Source of the DNA: Candidatus Uhrbacteria bacterium
GTDB lineage: Bacteria; Patescibacteriota; Patescibacteriia; JACPHY01
NCBI GenBank assembly: GCA_016188355.1
Contig: JACPHY010000002.1
Span: 596-64,595 of the forward strand
Direction: 5' to 3'
Length of the DNA stretch: 64,000 nt
Under the pieces are notes generated by a model. That model was not told the DNA's origin, did no database searches, and saw only the letters and a list, made by a program, of their open reading frames with translations. Shown here piece after piece: positions 55,544-64,000 of the stretch. Position 1 is the first letter of the stretch; every line of letters starts with the position of its first letter. Both the position numbers and the translations under genes were made by a program.

Positions 55544-56119
55544 TCAAGCAGTCGCCGCGGCGCGTGCAGCTGCGGCACGAGCCGAGCGACGGGCACGGGC
55601 AACCTCATGCTGATCGCGAAGTGCGCGAATGGCAGTCATGGTCGCCTTTGCATTCGTCACCCGGTTGCTCGATCCCAGCATCTTCGCAACGACATTGGGG
55701 ATACCGGAGAGATCCAAGATGAGCCGTACCACGCCACCTGCGATAATTCCCGTCCCCTTTGGGGCTGGTTTCAGGAGCACTTTCGAAGCCTTATATTTCA
55801 CCGAAATATCGAACGGGATGGATTCGTTCCGCATCGGCACGGTGATCAGCACCTTCTTCGCCTGCGTGGTCGCCTTCGCGATCGCGCTGGACACATCCAC
55901 GCCCTTCGCCAATCCTACCGCCACCCGACCCTTCCGATCACCAATGGCGACGCACGCGCGAAAACGCATGCGCTTCCCGCCCGCAGTGACGCGGGTGACC
56001 CGTGCGAGATCAAGAATCTTCTGCTCAAACTCCTGCGGCTCCCGAGGTTCGCGATCCTCGCGTCGTCGCGACGGGCGCTTCCCGGAATCCGTCCGTTGCT
56101 CGGACATTCGTGGAGGCAT
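55544..56119 (-). CDS. rpsE: 30S ribosomal protein S5
   Basis: RVTRV..GG.R.RF, G.G.AK, LKPA..GTGIIAGG. Confidence 0.97.
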   Translation of the reverse strand: MPPRMSEQRTDSGKRPSRRREDREPREPQEFEQKILDLARVTRVTAGGKRMRFRACVAIGDRKGRVAVGLAKGVDVSSAIAKATTQAKKVLITVPMRNESIPFDISVKYKASKVLLKPAPKGTGIIAGGVVRLILDLSGIPNVVAKMLGSSNRVTNAKATMTAIRALRDQHEVARARRSARAAAARAAATA

Positions 56120-56139
56120 ATCGATGTACACGGCAAGAA

Positions 56140-56508
56140 TCAAAATGCGAGACCGCCCTCCCGCGCGCCATCCGCAATGCCCTGGACGCGGCCATGGTAG
56201 GTGTATCCTGCCCGATCAAAAACGACCGCGCTGATGCCTTTCGCGCGCGCGCGCTCGGCCAACAACGCGCCGACCGCGTGGGCAATCGCCACCTTTCGCT
56301 GTGCCTGCGTCCCTTCTGGGGCGGTCACCTCACGATCGGAAGCCGCAACGAGCGTCTGATGATTGGCATCGTCAATGAGCTGCGCCGACACATGGCGCGC
56401 GCTCCGAAATACGGAAAGCCGTGGACGTGCACGGGTACCCTGCACCTGCGCACGAATACGCTGATGCCGTCGCTGTCGTCGTTCACGTGTGGTGGTGGGC
56501 ATCGCCAT
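56140..56508 (-). CDS. rplR: 50S ribosomal protein L18
   Basis: [26 protein letters not shown]. Confidence 0.97.
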   Translation of the reverse strand: MAMPTTTRERRQRRHQRIRAQVQGTRARPRLSVFRSARHVSAQLIDDANHQTLVAASDREVTAPEGTQAQRKVAIAHAVGALLAERARAKGISAVVFDRAGYTYHGRVQGIADGAREGGLAF

Positions 56509-56511
56509 ACA

Positions 56512-57063
56512 TTATGCGCCGCCGCCCGCCTTCACCGTCTTTCCGGGCTTGAGCTTAATTACCTCTCCCGCATATCGCACTCCCTTCCCGTGGTACGCGT
56601 CGGGCTTCCGGAGCGAACGGAACCGCGCTGCAACTGCTCCGACGAGCTGCTTATCCACTCCCCCCACCGTTAGCGTGTTCTTCTCGACCGCGGCGGAAAT
56701 ACCCTCAGGCAGCTCCTCGGTCACCGGATGCGAGTATCCGAGATGAAACACCACCGATCGCCCCTTGACCTCCACACGGTATCCCACGCCGGATATCTCA
56801 AGCTTCCGCTCAAATCCCGCCGTTACTCCCGTAACCGCATTCTGGAGCAGCCGCGCAGAAAGCCCCCAGAGCGCGCGATCAGATTTTGCTTCCGGACGGA
56901 CCACCATCACCCGCAACATTCCCCCGTCCGCAGTCACCGTCACGTGTGCGTGCAATGGTACCGTGACCTCCCCCTTCGGCCCGCGCACGACGACACGCCC
57001 CGGCTCCACTGCCGCGGTCACGCCTGCGGGAACGGAAATTGGCGCTTTACCGATACGGGACAT
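56512..57063 (-). CDS. rplF: 50S ribosomal protein L6
   Basis: MSRIGK.PI, GPKG, GVGYR, GYSHP, P..Y.GKGVRY. Confidence 0.97.
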   Translation of the reverse strand: MSRIGKAPISVPAGVTAAVEPGRVVVRGPKGEVTVPLHAHVTVTADGGMLRVMVVRPEAKSDRALWGLSARLLQNAVTGVTAGFERKLEISGVGYRVEVKGRSVVFHLGYSHPVTEELPEGISAAVEKNTLTVGGVDKQLVGAVAARFRSLRKPDAYHGKGVRYAGEVIKLKPGKTVKAGGGA

Positions 57064-57098
57064 AACAGCGATATGCAACAACGAAATTTCGACGATTC

Positions 57099-57506
57099 CT
57101 AGTAGATTTCACAAATCACCTCACCACCAATACCGCGCGCCCGTGCTTCCGCATTGGTGAGCAACCCCTGCGGCGTCGAAAGGACCACGGTACCCAGCCC
57201 CCGCCGCACGCGCGGAATGGCGCCATGCGTCACATACACGCGACGTCCGGGGCGACTCACCCGACGGATATTGGTGATGACTGGCGTTCCGCGGGAATGA
57301 TACCGGAGGGTGAGCACGAGCTCCGTGCGTCCTGCCGCTGAAGCACCGGATGCGGGTCGCACCTCCACGCGCGCCAACCATCCCTCCCGCGCAAGGAGTT
57401 CCGCCACCGCATGTTTCAATTTCGAGGACGGAACCACCACCGTCGATTTTCCGACGGATTGCGCGTTCCGCACTCGGGTGAGCATGTCCGCAATGGGATC
57501 AGTCAT
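57099..57506 (-). CDS. rpsH: 30S ribosomal protein S8
   Basis: TDPIADMLTR.RNA, SRPGRRVY, STPQG, GGE.IC. Confidence 0.97.
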   Translation of the reverse strand: MTDPIADMLTRVRNAQSVGKSTVVVPSSKLKHAVAELLAREGWLARVEVRPASGASAAGRTELVLTLRYHSRGTPVITNIRRVSRPGRRVYVTHGAIPRVRRGLGTVVLSTPQGLLTNAEARARGIGGEVICEIY

Positions 57507-57534
57507 CATAACAACGCTCGCAGGCCCGCGCATG

Positions 57535-57560
57535 GGGAGATTTGCAGCTGCAAATCTCCC
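57535..57560. repeat. Perfect 26-bp palindrome between rpsN and rpsH
   Basis: GGGAGATTTGCAG|CTGCAAATCTCCC. Confidence 0.7.
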
Positions 57561-57579
57561 ATTGCGCGCGCAGCGCGCC

Positions 57580-57774
57580 TCACCAACTCGCCTTCCGAAT
57601 ACCCGGGAGCTCGCCATTGTTCGCCAGCTCTCGGAAACAGATGCGACAAATATCGAAGTCGCGCATGTATCCATGACGCCGACCGCAACGCCAACAGCGA
57701 CGCACGACCCGAGTGGTGTACTTCGGTCGAACCAGCGACTGCTTCGATTTCAGCACCTGCGCTTTCGTTGCCAT
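57580..57774 (-). CDS. rpsN: 30S ribosomal protein S14, Zn-binding type
   Basis: [24 protein letters not shown]. Confidence 0.96.
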   Translation of the reverse strand: MATKAQVLKSKQSLVRPKYTTRVVRRCWRCGRRHGYMRDFDICRICFRELANNGELPGIRKASW

Positions 57775-57785
57775 ACCTCGCACGA

Positions 57786-58376
57786 TCACGAGCGCCGAGC
57801 GGCGCCCTTCTCCTTCTTTTCTTTCTTCACCTTGCCCTGCTCCTCATGGAATGGAAATCCGAGTGCCCGGAAGAGTGCCAATCCACGCTCACGCGTTGCC
57901 GCATTGGAGACGATCGTCACCTGCAGGCCATGGATCTGCTCCACCTCGTCCGAACGAATCTCCGGGAACACGACGTGCTCACGAAATCCGATGGAGCAAT
58001 TCCCCTGACGATCGACGGTCGTCGGTGAAAGTCCCCGGAAATCACGCACCCGCGGAAGCGTTACCCGAACCAGCTTTTCCACAAAATCCCACATGTGCTT
58101 GCCATGGAGCGTCACCATTGCCCCCACCGGCATGCCCTTGCGAATCTTGAAGGATGCAATCGATTGTCGCGCCAAGGTGCGCACCGCTCGTTGCCCCGTG
58201 ATGCGCGCCAATGATGCGGTCACGGTTTCCGCAATTTTGGGATCCCGCTGCGCTTGTCCCATGCCCACGTTCACGACCACCTTCAAGACACGCGGCACCG
58301 CCATGCGATTCGGCATACCGAGATCGCGCATGAGCTGAGGAACAATTTCTTTGTGATATCGCTCATTGAGGGACAT
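57786..58376 (-). CDS. rplE: 50S ribosomal protein L5
   Basis: VP...[28 protein letters not shown]. Confidence 0.97.
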   Translation of the reverse strand: MSLNERYHKEIVPQLMRDLGMPNRMAVPRVLKVVVNVGMGQAQRDPKIAETVTASLARITGQRAVRTLARQSIASFKIRKGMPVGAMVTLHGKHMWDFVEKLVRVTLPRVRDFRGLSPTTVDRQGNCSIGFREHVVFPEIRSDEVEQIHGLQVTIVSNAATRERGLALFRALGFPFHEEQGKVKKEKKEKGAARRS

Positions 58377-58418
58377 ATCCGAGAGAGGCACACCCATCCA
58401 TCAAAACCCACCGAAACG

Positions 58419-58730
58419 TTACGCGAATGTTTGCTTGCACCGCATGCACCGCCGTTCCCGCTTCCCGTCCGTGAGCACCGCCATCCCCACCCGTGTTGCA
58501 GCTCCACACTTCGGACAAACCAGGGAAACGCGGGAGACAGGGAGTGGTGCGGGATAGCGCACCCGCTGCCCCTTTTCTCCCGAACGCCGCGCACGGAGAT
58601 GCTTCACGAGGAGATTCATCCCCTCGATCACAACCGCGGACCGCTCCGCAATCGTGCGCAGCACCTTACCGGTCTTTCCGCGGTCACGCCCTGCTCGAAT
58701 TTTGACGACGTCTCCTTTCTTGATCCGCAT
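58419..58730 (-). CDS. rplX: 50S ribosomal protein L24
   Basis: MRIKKGD.V....G.D.GK.G KOW motif, EG.N. Confidence 0.96.
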   Translation of the reverse strand: MRIKKGDVVKIRAGRDRGKTGKVLRTIAERSAVVIEGMNLLVKHLRARRSGEKGQRVRYPAPLPVSRVSLVCPKCGAATRVGMAVLTDGKRERRCMRCKQTFA

Positions 58731-58823
58731 ATCGGCAAGCGCCAAGCCACAAGCTCCAGGCAACGAGTTCGAACGCACCGGCGTCCGCCCTTGTGGCGTG
58801 AAGCTTGCGGCCTGTCGCTCTCC

Positions 58824-59198
58824 TCACACCACTTCCGGTGCGAGTGAAATAATTTTCGAAAAACCGCGCGCCCGGAGCTCTCGCGCAATCGGACCAAAAA
58901 TACGCGTTCCCTTTGGTTCGAGTGACTTCGGATCCACGATCACGACCGCATTCTCATCGAATCGAACGTAGCTGCCGTCCAATCGACGCTGCTCCTTGCG
59001 CGTCCGCACGATCACCGCATGCACAATATCGCTCTTTTTCACTGCGGTATGCGGCGTCGCCTCTTTGACCACACACGTAATAATGTCGCCCAGACGTCCG
59101 TAGCGCTTCCCGTGTCCGCCACCGCGCACACGAATGCACTGCAGCTTCTTTGCGCCGGTATTATCGGCACTGGCGAGCATGGTGCGATGCTGGATCAT
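58824..59198 (-). CDS. rplN: 50S ribosomal protein L14
   Basis: MIQ..T....ADNTGAK, FDENA, GTRIFGP.AREL, SLAPEV. Confidence 0.98.
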   Translation of the reverse strand: MIQHRTMLASADNTGAKKLQCIRVRGGGHGKRYGRLGDIITCVVKEATPHTAVKKSDIVHAVIVRTRKEQRRLDGSYVRFDENAVVIVDPKSLEPKGTRIFGPIARELRARGFSKIISLAPEVV

Positions 59199-59219
59199 AT
59201 CCACGAATACCGAGCAACG

Positions 59220-59504
59220 TCAAGCAACGAGTTCCGCAGATGCGGGTGCCGATGCATGACCAATGACGTCGACCAAGCGCCACCGTTTCTCCTTTGAAAT
59301 CGGACGACACTCCACAAACCGCACCTGATCACCCACATGTGCGGTGTGTTCCGGATCATGTACCTTATACCGCCGGCGCATACGAAATGCCTTTCGGTAT
59401 TTCGGGTGCATCTTCCATCGCTCAACGACGACCACGCAGGTCTTCGCCATCGCGTCGGAAACGACGGTTCCCTCGAATTGTCGTGGTTGCTTCGCAAGTT
59501 CCAT
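59220..59504 (-). CDS. rpsQ: 30S ribosomal protein S17
   Basis: G.VVSD.M.KT, HPKY, GD.V...ECRPISK.K.W. Confidence 0.97.
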   Translation of the reverse strand: MELAKQPRQFEGTVVSDAMAKTCVVVVERWKMHPKYRKAFRMRRRYKVHDPEHTAHVGDQVRFVECRPISKEKRWRLVDVIGHASAPASAELVA

Positions 59505-59527
59505 ATCGAGAAAAACAACAGCGGGCG

Positions 59528-59761
59528 TCAGGCAGCCAACGCACGGGGTGTGCGTGCCGCTCCCGATGACGACTTCGCCGCCGGGCTATGCAATACCGTG
59601 AGGATACGCGCAATCGTCCGACGAACGGCGCGCAGTTCATGGATGTTCTTCAGCTCGCGCGCGCTCGCACGGAAACGCAGCTCCTCTAATTGGAGACGCT
59701 GTTCCGCGAGCAGGCGCTCGAGCTCCTCACGTGTTTTTGATCGCAGGGTCGAAATATCCAT
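59528..59761 (-). CDS. rpmC: 50S ribosomal protein L29
   Basis: LR.K..EEL, LRF, L.N......RR.IARI.T; position in operon. Confidence 0.93.
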   Translation of the reverse strand: MDISTLRSKTREELERLLAEQRLQLEELRFRASARELKNIHELRAVRRTIARILTVLHSPAAKSSSGAARTPRALAA

Positions 59762-59764
59762 ACC

Positions 59765-60178
59765 CTAATGCCGCTCCACAATCACGGTCCGAACCGGGAG
59801 CTTATGTGCAGCCTCACGGAGCACGGCTCGCGCGGATGTCCGATCGACGCCGCCAATCTCGAAGAGCATCATCCCCGGACGAACGACAGCGACGTAGTGA
59901 TCAACGCCACCCTTTCCCATACCCATCGGCACTTCGTTCCCCTTCATCGTCACCGGATGATCCGGAAATACCCGAATCCAAATCTTTCCGCCCTTTCGCG
60001 TCGCACGAGTGATCACGCGGCGCGCGGCCTCGATCTGTCGTGAGGTCATCCACGATCCCGTCGTCGCCTTGAGTCCGATTTCTCCAAATGCCATGACGAC
60101 ATTCCGCGTCGCGGGATGCTCCGTACGGCCACGACCCTTATGCCACTTTCGGTGTTTTACCTTTCGAGGAATAAGCAT
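59765..60178 (-). CDS. rplP: 50S ribosomal protein L16
   Basis: P.KVKHRK, RQIEAAR, WIR.FP, MG.GKG, A.HKLP. Confidence 0.97.
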   Translation of the reverse strand: MLIPRKVKHRKWHKGRGRTEHPATRNVVMAFGEIGLKATTGSWMTSRQIEAARRVITRATRKGGKIWIRVFPDHPVTMKGNEVPMGMGKGGVDHYVAVVRPGMMLFEIGGVDRTSARAVLREAAHKLPVRTVIVERH

Positions 60179-60201
60179 ACCCAAGGACACGAAGCAGCAA
60201 A

Positions 60202-60918
60202 CTATGCCGTCGCAGGAGCTGCACGTCGACCAGTCGACGGCGCGCGCTCCGGACTCCGCTCCCGCTTCGCATTTGCAAACACCTCACCGCGATAAATCCA
60301 GACCTTAATACCGATCGCTCCGTAGATCGTTCGTGCGAATCCCTGCGCGTACTGCACGTCCGCGCGCAAGGTGTGCAAGGGAACGGATCCGCTCATCGCA
60401 GTTTCCCGGCGTGCAATTTCCGCTCCATTGAGTCGTCCGGACATCTGCATGCGCACTCCCTGTGCACCCGCGCGCTCCACACGTCCAATCGCCTGACGCA
60501 TGACGCGACGGAAGGGAAGCCGCTTTTCAATCTCCGTAATCACCTGCTGCAGGACCACCTCCGCATTCAACGCCGGGCGATCGACCTCAATGATATTCAA
60601 CTGCAGTGCCGGTGGATTTTTGATGCCACGGAAAAAACGGTCGCGCAGTTCACGCTTCAAACCCTCTGCGCCCTGCCCTCCTCGCCCGATAATGACCCCG
60701 GGTCGCGCCGCATGCAGGGTAACCGTTACCGCATTCGCGGAACGTTCAACCACGACCTCCGCGACACCTGCTTCGCGGAATCGCGCACGGAGCTCGCGCC
60801 GGATGCGGACGTCCTCTTGGAGATACACCCGATACCGACGATCGTCCGCAAACCAACGAGACGACCACGTGGCGGTCGTGAAGAGGCGGAATGCCTTTGG
60901 GTGGACTTTGTGTCCCAT
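60202..60918 (-). CDS. rpsC: 30S ribosomal protein S3
   Basis: MGHKVHP, RPG.IIGRGG, SGRLNGAEIAR, PLHTLRAD, G.KVWI. Confidence 0.98.
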   Translation of the reverse strand: MGHKVHPKAFRLFTTATWSSRWFADDRRYRVYLQEDVRIRRELRARFREAGVAEVVVERSANAVTVTLHAARPGVIIGRGGQGAEGLKRELRDRFFRGIKNPPALQLNIIEVDRPALNAEVVLQQVITEIEKRLPFRRVMRQAIGRVERAGAQGVRMQMSGRLNGAEIARRETAMSGSVPLHTLRADVQYAQGFARTIYGAIGIKVWIYRGEVFANAKRERSPERAPSTGRRAAPATA

Positions 60919-60922
60919 ACAA

Positions 60923-61531
60923 TTACTTCTCTCCGGTTCGACGCGTGAGGAATCGCTTGATCACACCACCGCCCCGCTTCCGGGTCGTGCCCTCCTGCGA
61001 TTGTTCGGGTTGCCGCCGCTTCGCGACACGACGTGGACTCGATGGTTTCGGCGCATGCGTTTCGGCTGCTGGTTCCGCTGGTGCCGATGCCGCTTCCACC
61101 GCTGGTGCAGACGCCATCGCCGATGCATGCGGCCGATCGGCCACCTCCACCGGAGGCGCAATTGTCTGCTGCTCCTTCTTCGGACTCGCACCCGTCGGCA
61201 CGCGTTCATCGAGCACGATCGTGACATGACACGTCCGCTTCCGAATCGATGCCGCACGGCCGAATGCGCGCGGCCGGAATCGCTTGAGCGTTGCCCCGCC
61301 GTCCACCTGGACACTCCGCACGAACAAATTCGCGCGATCCAGGGTTGCGTTATGCTCCGCATTGGCTACCGCGGACGTGAGGAGCTTGGCCATCGGACGC
61401 GCCGCTGCCTTCGGCAGGTGCGTGAGCTGTGCCAGTGCCTCCACTGCGTTCATGCCCGAAATCAGCCCGGCGACGAGCCGAACCTTCCGAGGAGCCATAC
61501 GGAGTCGTTCGAGATGTGCGGTGACCTGCAT
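60923..61531 (-). CDS. rplV: 50S ribosomal protein L22 with long C-terminal extension
   Basis: PRKVRLVA, SA.ANA, KRF.PRA.GRA..I.KRT.H; about 90 extra Ala/Pro/Arg-rich residues. Confidence 0.96.
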   Translation of the reverse strand: MQVTAHLERLRMAPRKVRLVAGLISGMNAVEALAQLTHLPKAAARPMAKLLTSAVANAEHNATLDRANLFVRSVQVDGGATLKRFRPRAFGRAASIRKRTCHVTIVLDERVPTGASPKKEQQTIAPPVEVADRPHASAMASAPAVEAASAPAEPAAETHAPKPSSPRRVAKRRQPEQSQEGTTRKRGGGVIKRFLTRRTGEK

Positions 61532-61537
61532 ACGTCG

Positions 61538-61873
61538 TTACTTCTTCGCCGGCGCTTTCGCCGCATCGGCAGCCGGTTTGGCCACCTCGGACTGCTTCGC
61601 CTCAATCTCCCGCTGCATCTTACCGCCGTGTCGAAGGAATTTCCGCGTCGGAGCAAACTCGCCGAGCTTATGCCCCACCATCTGCTCCGAAACCGTCACC
61701 GAAACATGTGCGCGCCCGTTGTGCACGCCAAAGATATATCCCACCATCTCCGGCGTGATCGTCGAATCGCGTGACCATGTTTTGATGACCGTACGATCGC
61801 CAACCCGAACCCGCCCCATCTTCACGAGGAGCTTCGGATCAACGAATGGGCCTTTCTTCAGAGAGCGCGACAT
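61538..61873 (-). CDS. rpsS: 30S ribosomal protein S19
   Basis: [29 protein letters not shown]. Confidence 0.98.
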   Translation of the reverse strand: MSRSLKKGPFVDPKLLVKMGRVRVGDRTVIKTWSRDSTITPEMVGYIFGVHNGRAHVSVTVSEQMVGHKLGEFAPTRKFLRHGGKMQREIEAKQSEVAKPAADAAKAPAKK

Positions 61874-61911
61874 AGGATGCAGGGCGACGTGCGAACAAGG
61901 ACAAACAATGA

Positions 61912-62739
61912 TCACTTCCGACGCTTCAAAATGAGCTTCGTCGACCACTTCTTCGGCTTCCGGGTGCGCACGCCCAATGCGTGCTTCCCCCACGGAGTCT
62001 TCGGGAATGGATGACCAACCGGGTTGTGACCCTCACCACCACCGTGCGGGTGATCCACAGGGTTCATGGCCTTCCCGCGCACCTTCGGGCGTTGCCCCAG
62101 ATGCCGCCGGCGGCCCGCCTTCCCCATGCGCACGAGCCGCGCATCCGAATTTCCCACCTGCCCAATCGTCGCCGCACACGTGCGTCCGATCAATCGGATT
62201 TCACCGGACGGCAGCTTGAGCTGCGCGTAAGGGCCGTCAATGGCCATGAGCTGCACGCCCGCTCCCGCACCACGCGCGATCTTCGCGCCTTGGCCCGGCT
62301 GCAATTCCACATTGTGGATCATGGCCCCGATCGGCAAACGCTCCAGGGGCAGTCGATTGCCCACGCGAATCGGCGCCTCGGTCTGCGAGGAGACCACCGT
62401 CGCGCCCACCGTGAGACCATCCGGCGCAATGATGTATGCGCGATCTCCATCCGCGTACGCAATGAGCGCGAGACGCGCATTCCGATTTGGATCGTACTCA
62501 ATGGCCTGTACGGTTGCCGGTGCATCGTAGCGCTTTCGCAGAAAATCCACGACGCGAATATGCTGCCGCGCGCCGCCACCACGGTGACGAGCGGTAATCA
62601 CGCCGCGTGCATTGCGCCCCGCTACGCGTCGGCGAGCAATCGTGAGCGCGCGCACCGGTCGCTGCTTCGCGACATCGCCGCGCAGTACCGTCGCTTTTCG
62701 GCGGCCAGAAGTCGTGGGCTGGTAGTGGATGAGTGCCAT
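61912..62739 (-). CDS. rplB: 50S ribosomal protein L2
   Basis: [33 protein letters not shown]. Confidence 0.98.
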   Translation of the reverse strand: MALIHYQPTTSGRRKATVLRGDVAKQRPVRALTIARRRVAGRNARGVITARHRGGGARQHIRVVDFLRKRYDAPATVQAIEYDPNRNARLALIAYADGDRAYIIAPDGLTVGATVVSSQTEAPIRVGNRLPLERLPIGAMIHNVELQPGQGAKIARGAGAGVQLMAIDGPYAQLKLPSGEIRLIGRTCAATIGQVGNSDARLVRMGKAGRRRHLGQRPKVRGKAMNPVDHPHGGGEGHNPVGHPFPKTPWGKHALGVRTRKPKKWSTKLILKRRK

Positions 62740-62764
62740 ACTGCGAAGTCAACAAAGCGTCGCG

Positions 62765-63112
62765 CTACGATTTCACGCCAAACGGAATCTTCTCGCCCGA
62801 ACGAAGAGTCACGATCGCCTTTCGGATGCTGCTCCGCACTCCAGAGGTACGGCCAGAACGGACCACCTTCCCCGGGAGATGCACCATAGCCACGCGCACC
62901 GGATGCACGCCGTATCGCTCGGCGACCGCGCGGGCAATCGCCACCTTCTCCGCATCGCGCGCCACGAGGAACGTGTACTGTCCGCGCTCTGCCAAAAGGC
63001 TCGATTTTTCTGTCAGGTGCGGTGCGAGCAATATTCCCACCTCCCGCCGCGGTCGATCCGAGGCAGGGGCAGTGGTCGTGGGAGGAGTTTTGCGAGCAGT
63101 TCGAGGAGCCAT
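62765..63112 (-). CDS. rplW: 50S ribosomal protein L23
   Basis: P.LTEK, YTF.V, KAIVTL..G. Confidence 0.93.
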   Translation of the reverse strand: MAPRTARKTPPTTTAPASDRPRREVGILLAPHLTEKSSLLAERGQYTFLVARDAEKVAIARAVAERYGVHPVRVAMVHLPGKVVRSGRTSGVRSSIRKAIVTLRSGEKIPFGVKS

Positions 63113-63131
63113 ACATCAGGGAATCGCCCGA

Positions 63132-63800
63132 TCACGCGGAACGACGCTTCTTGGGTGAAAATACCGCCGTGGCACGCACAACTGCGGCGCGCGTCACCAC
63201 GCACACATCATTCCGGAGCACATCTGCCACATTCAGGTGCGCCGCATCGATGCCCGTGATCTTCGGAAGATTCGCAAACGATCGACGCGCATTTCGCTCT
63301 TCCGCGGGCAGCACCACGAGCGCAGACGGCGCACGCTTCTTCGTATCCACCGTTGCAAGAATGATATCCAGCAGATGCTTCGCGCTCTTCGTCTTCGCCG
63401 TAGCAAATTCCGGCGCATCAATCACGACGAGCGCACCGTGCGCCACCTTGTCGGAAAGCGCCATGCGGAGCGCCTGTCGACGCACCTTCACGTTCACTTT
63501 CTGCTGGTAGTTGCGATCACGATGCGGGCCGAACACCTTTCCCCCGCCCACCCAGATCGGAGATCGGATGGAGCCGTGTCGTGCGCGACCCGTATGCTTC
63601 TGCGCCCACGGCTTCTTGCCGCCACCGCGTACCTCGCCCCGACGCTTCGTGTGCGCAATCGTTTCGCGCGCATTCGCCGCTTGCGCAAGAATGACGTCGT
63701 GCAGGACCGCCGGATTCGGCGTCACGCCAAATACTTCTGGGGCAAGTTCCAGTGTTCCCGTGCGCTCTCCTTGAAGATTGTAGATGGGTGCAGTCGGCAT
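63132..63800 (-). CDS. rplD: 50S ribosomal protein L4
   Basis: TK.RGEVRGGGKKPW.QK.TGRAR.GSIRSP.W.GGG..FGP. Confidence 0.97.
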   Translation of the reverse strand: MPTAPIYNLQGERTGTLELAPEVFGVTPNPAVLHDVILAQAANARETIAHTKRRGEVRGGGKKPWAQKHTGRARHGSIRSPIWVGGGKVFGPHRDRNYQQKVNVKVRRQALRMALSDKVAHGALVVIDAPEFATAKTKSAKHLLDIILATVDTKKRAPSALVVLPAEERNARRSFANLPKITGIDAAHLNVADVLRNDVCVVTRAAVVRATAVFSPKKRRSA

Positions 63801-63823
63801 ATCCGCAGCTGATGGTACCAAAA

Positions 63824-64000
63824 TCAGGAACTCCAACTCCCGCCCCACGTGCGCACCTCCAGGAGTGCGCCACGCGCACCCGGAACTGCTCCGCAGAGCA
63901 TGACCTCACCCCGCTCGGCATCCACCGAAACGACCCGCAGCCCCTGGACCGTGACCCGATCACCGCCCATGCGCCCTGCCATGCGCATCCCCTTGGTGAC
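63824..64000 (-). CDS. rplC: 50S ribosomal protein L3, 3' fragment (truncated by the window edge)
   Basis: Reads [25 protein letters not shown]....GAVPG; upstream of rplD. Confidence 0.95.
   Translation of the reverse strand, partial: VTKGMRMAGRMGGDRVTVQGLRVVSVDAERGEVMLCGAVPGARGALLEVRTWGGSWSS

Noticed and set aside
1-64000. tRNA/rRNA genes, prophage or conjugative T4SS machinery
   Set aside because: No cloverleaf or rRNA-like stretch, and no integrase, phage structural, VirB4 or VirD4 genes recognised by eye

Overview
GC-rich 64-kb bacterial chromosome segment, almost certainly from a Patescibacteria/CPR (Parcubacteria-like) genome. The evidence is no rpmD/L30 between rpsE and rplO, an archaeal-type non-discriminating AspRS, VirB2-like pilin-headed surface proteins, and mostly SD-less starts with T at -1. 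Most of the window is housekeeping: rsmA, prfB with an intact +1 frameshift, htrA, nrdR, ftsZ/ftsA, dgkA, ybeY, yqeY, rpsU, HIT, hisS, lepB, LCP, der, pth, dprA, topA, metK, aspS, recO, yqgF, map, adk, secY and the S10/spc ribosomal cluster up to a partial rplC. Three accessory areas stand out. (1) 0.7-2.1 kb: a RAYT HUH transposase with its GTAG-type REP palindromes, one pair lying in-frame inside rsmA, plus a duplicated prfB 3' end flanking the RAYT. (2) 9.1-24.3 kb: two proteins with near-identical VirB2/TrbC-like pilin heads (one about 3650 aa, Ig/TIG- and Cys-rich), followed by two Pro-rich DxDxDG membrane proteins that run straight into ybeY-dgkA-ftsA-ftsZ. (3) 36.7-45.2 kb: myxobacteria-like exported proteins, an IMPase and an orphan pyrB, all with strong Shine-Dalgarno sites unlike the core genes, around a SAM-I riboswitch-controlled metK. 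No rRNA, tRNA or CRISPR array was seen. All calls come from reading motifs by eye; no searches were run.
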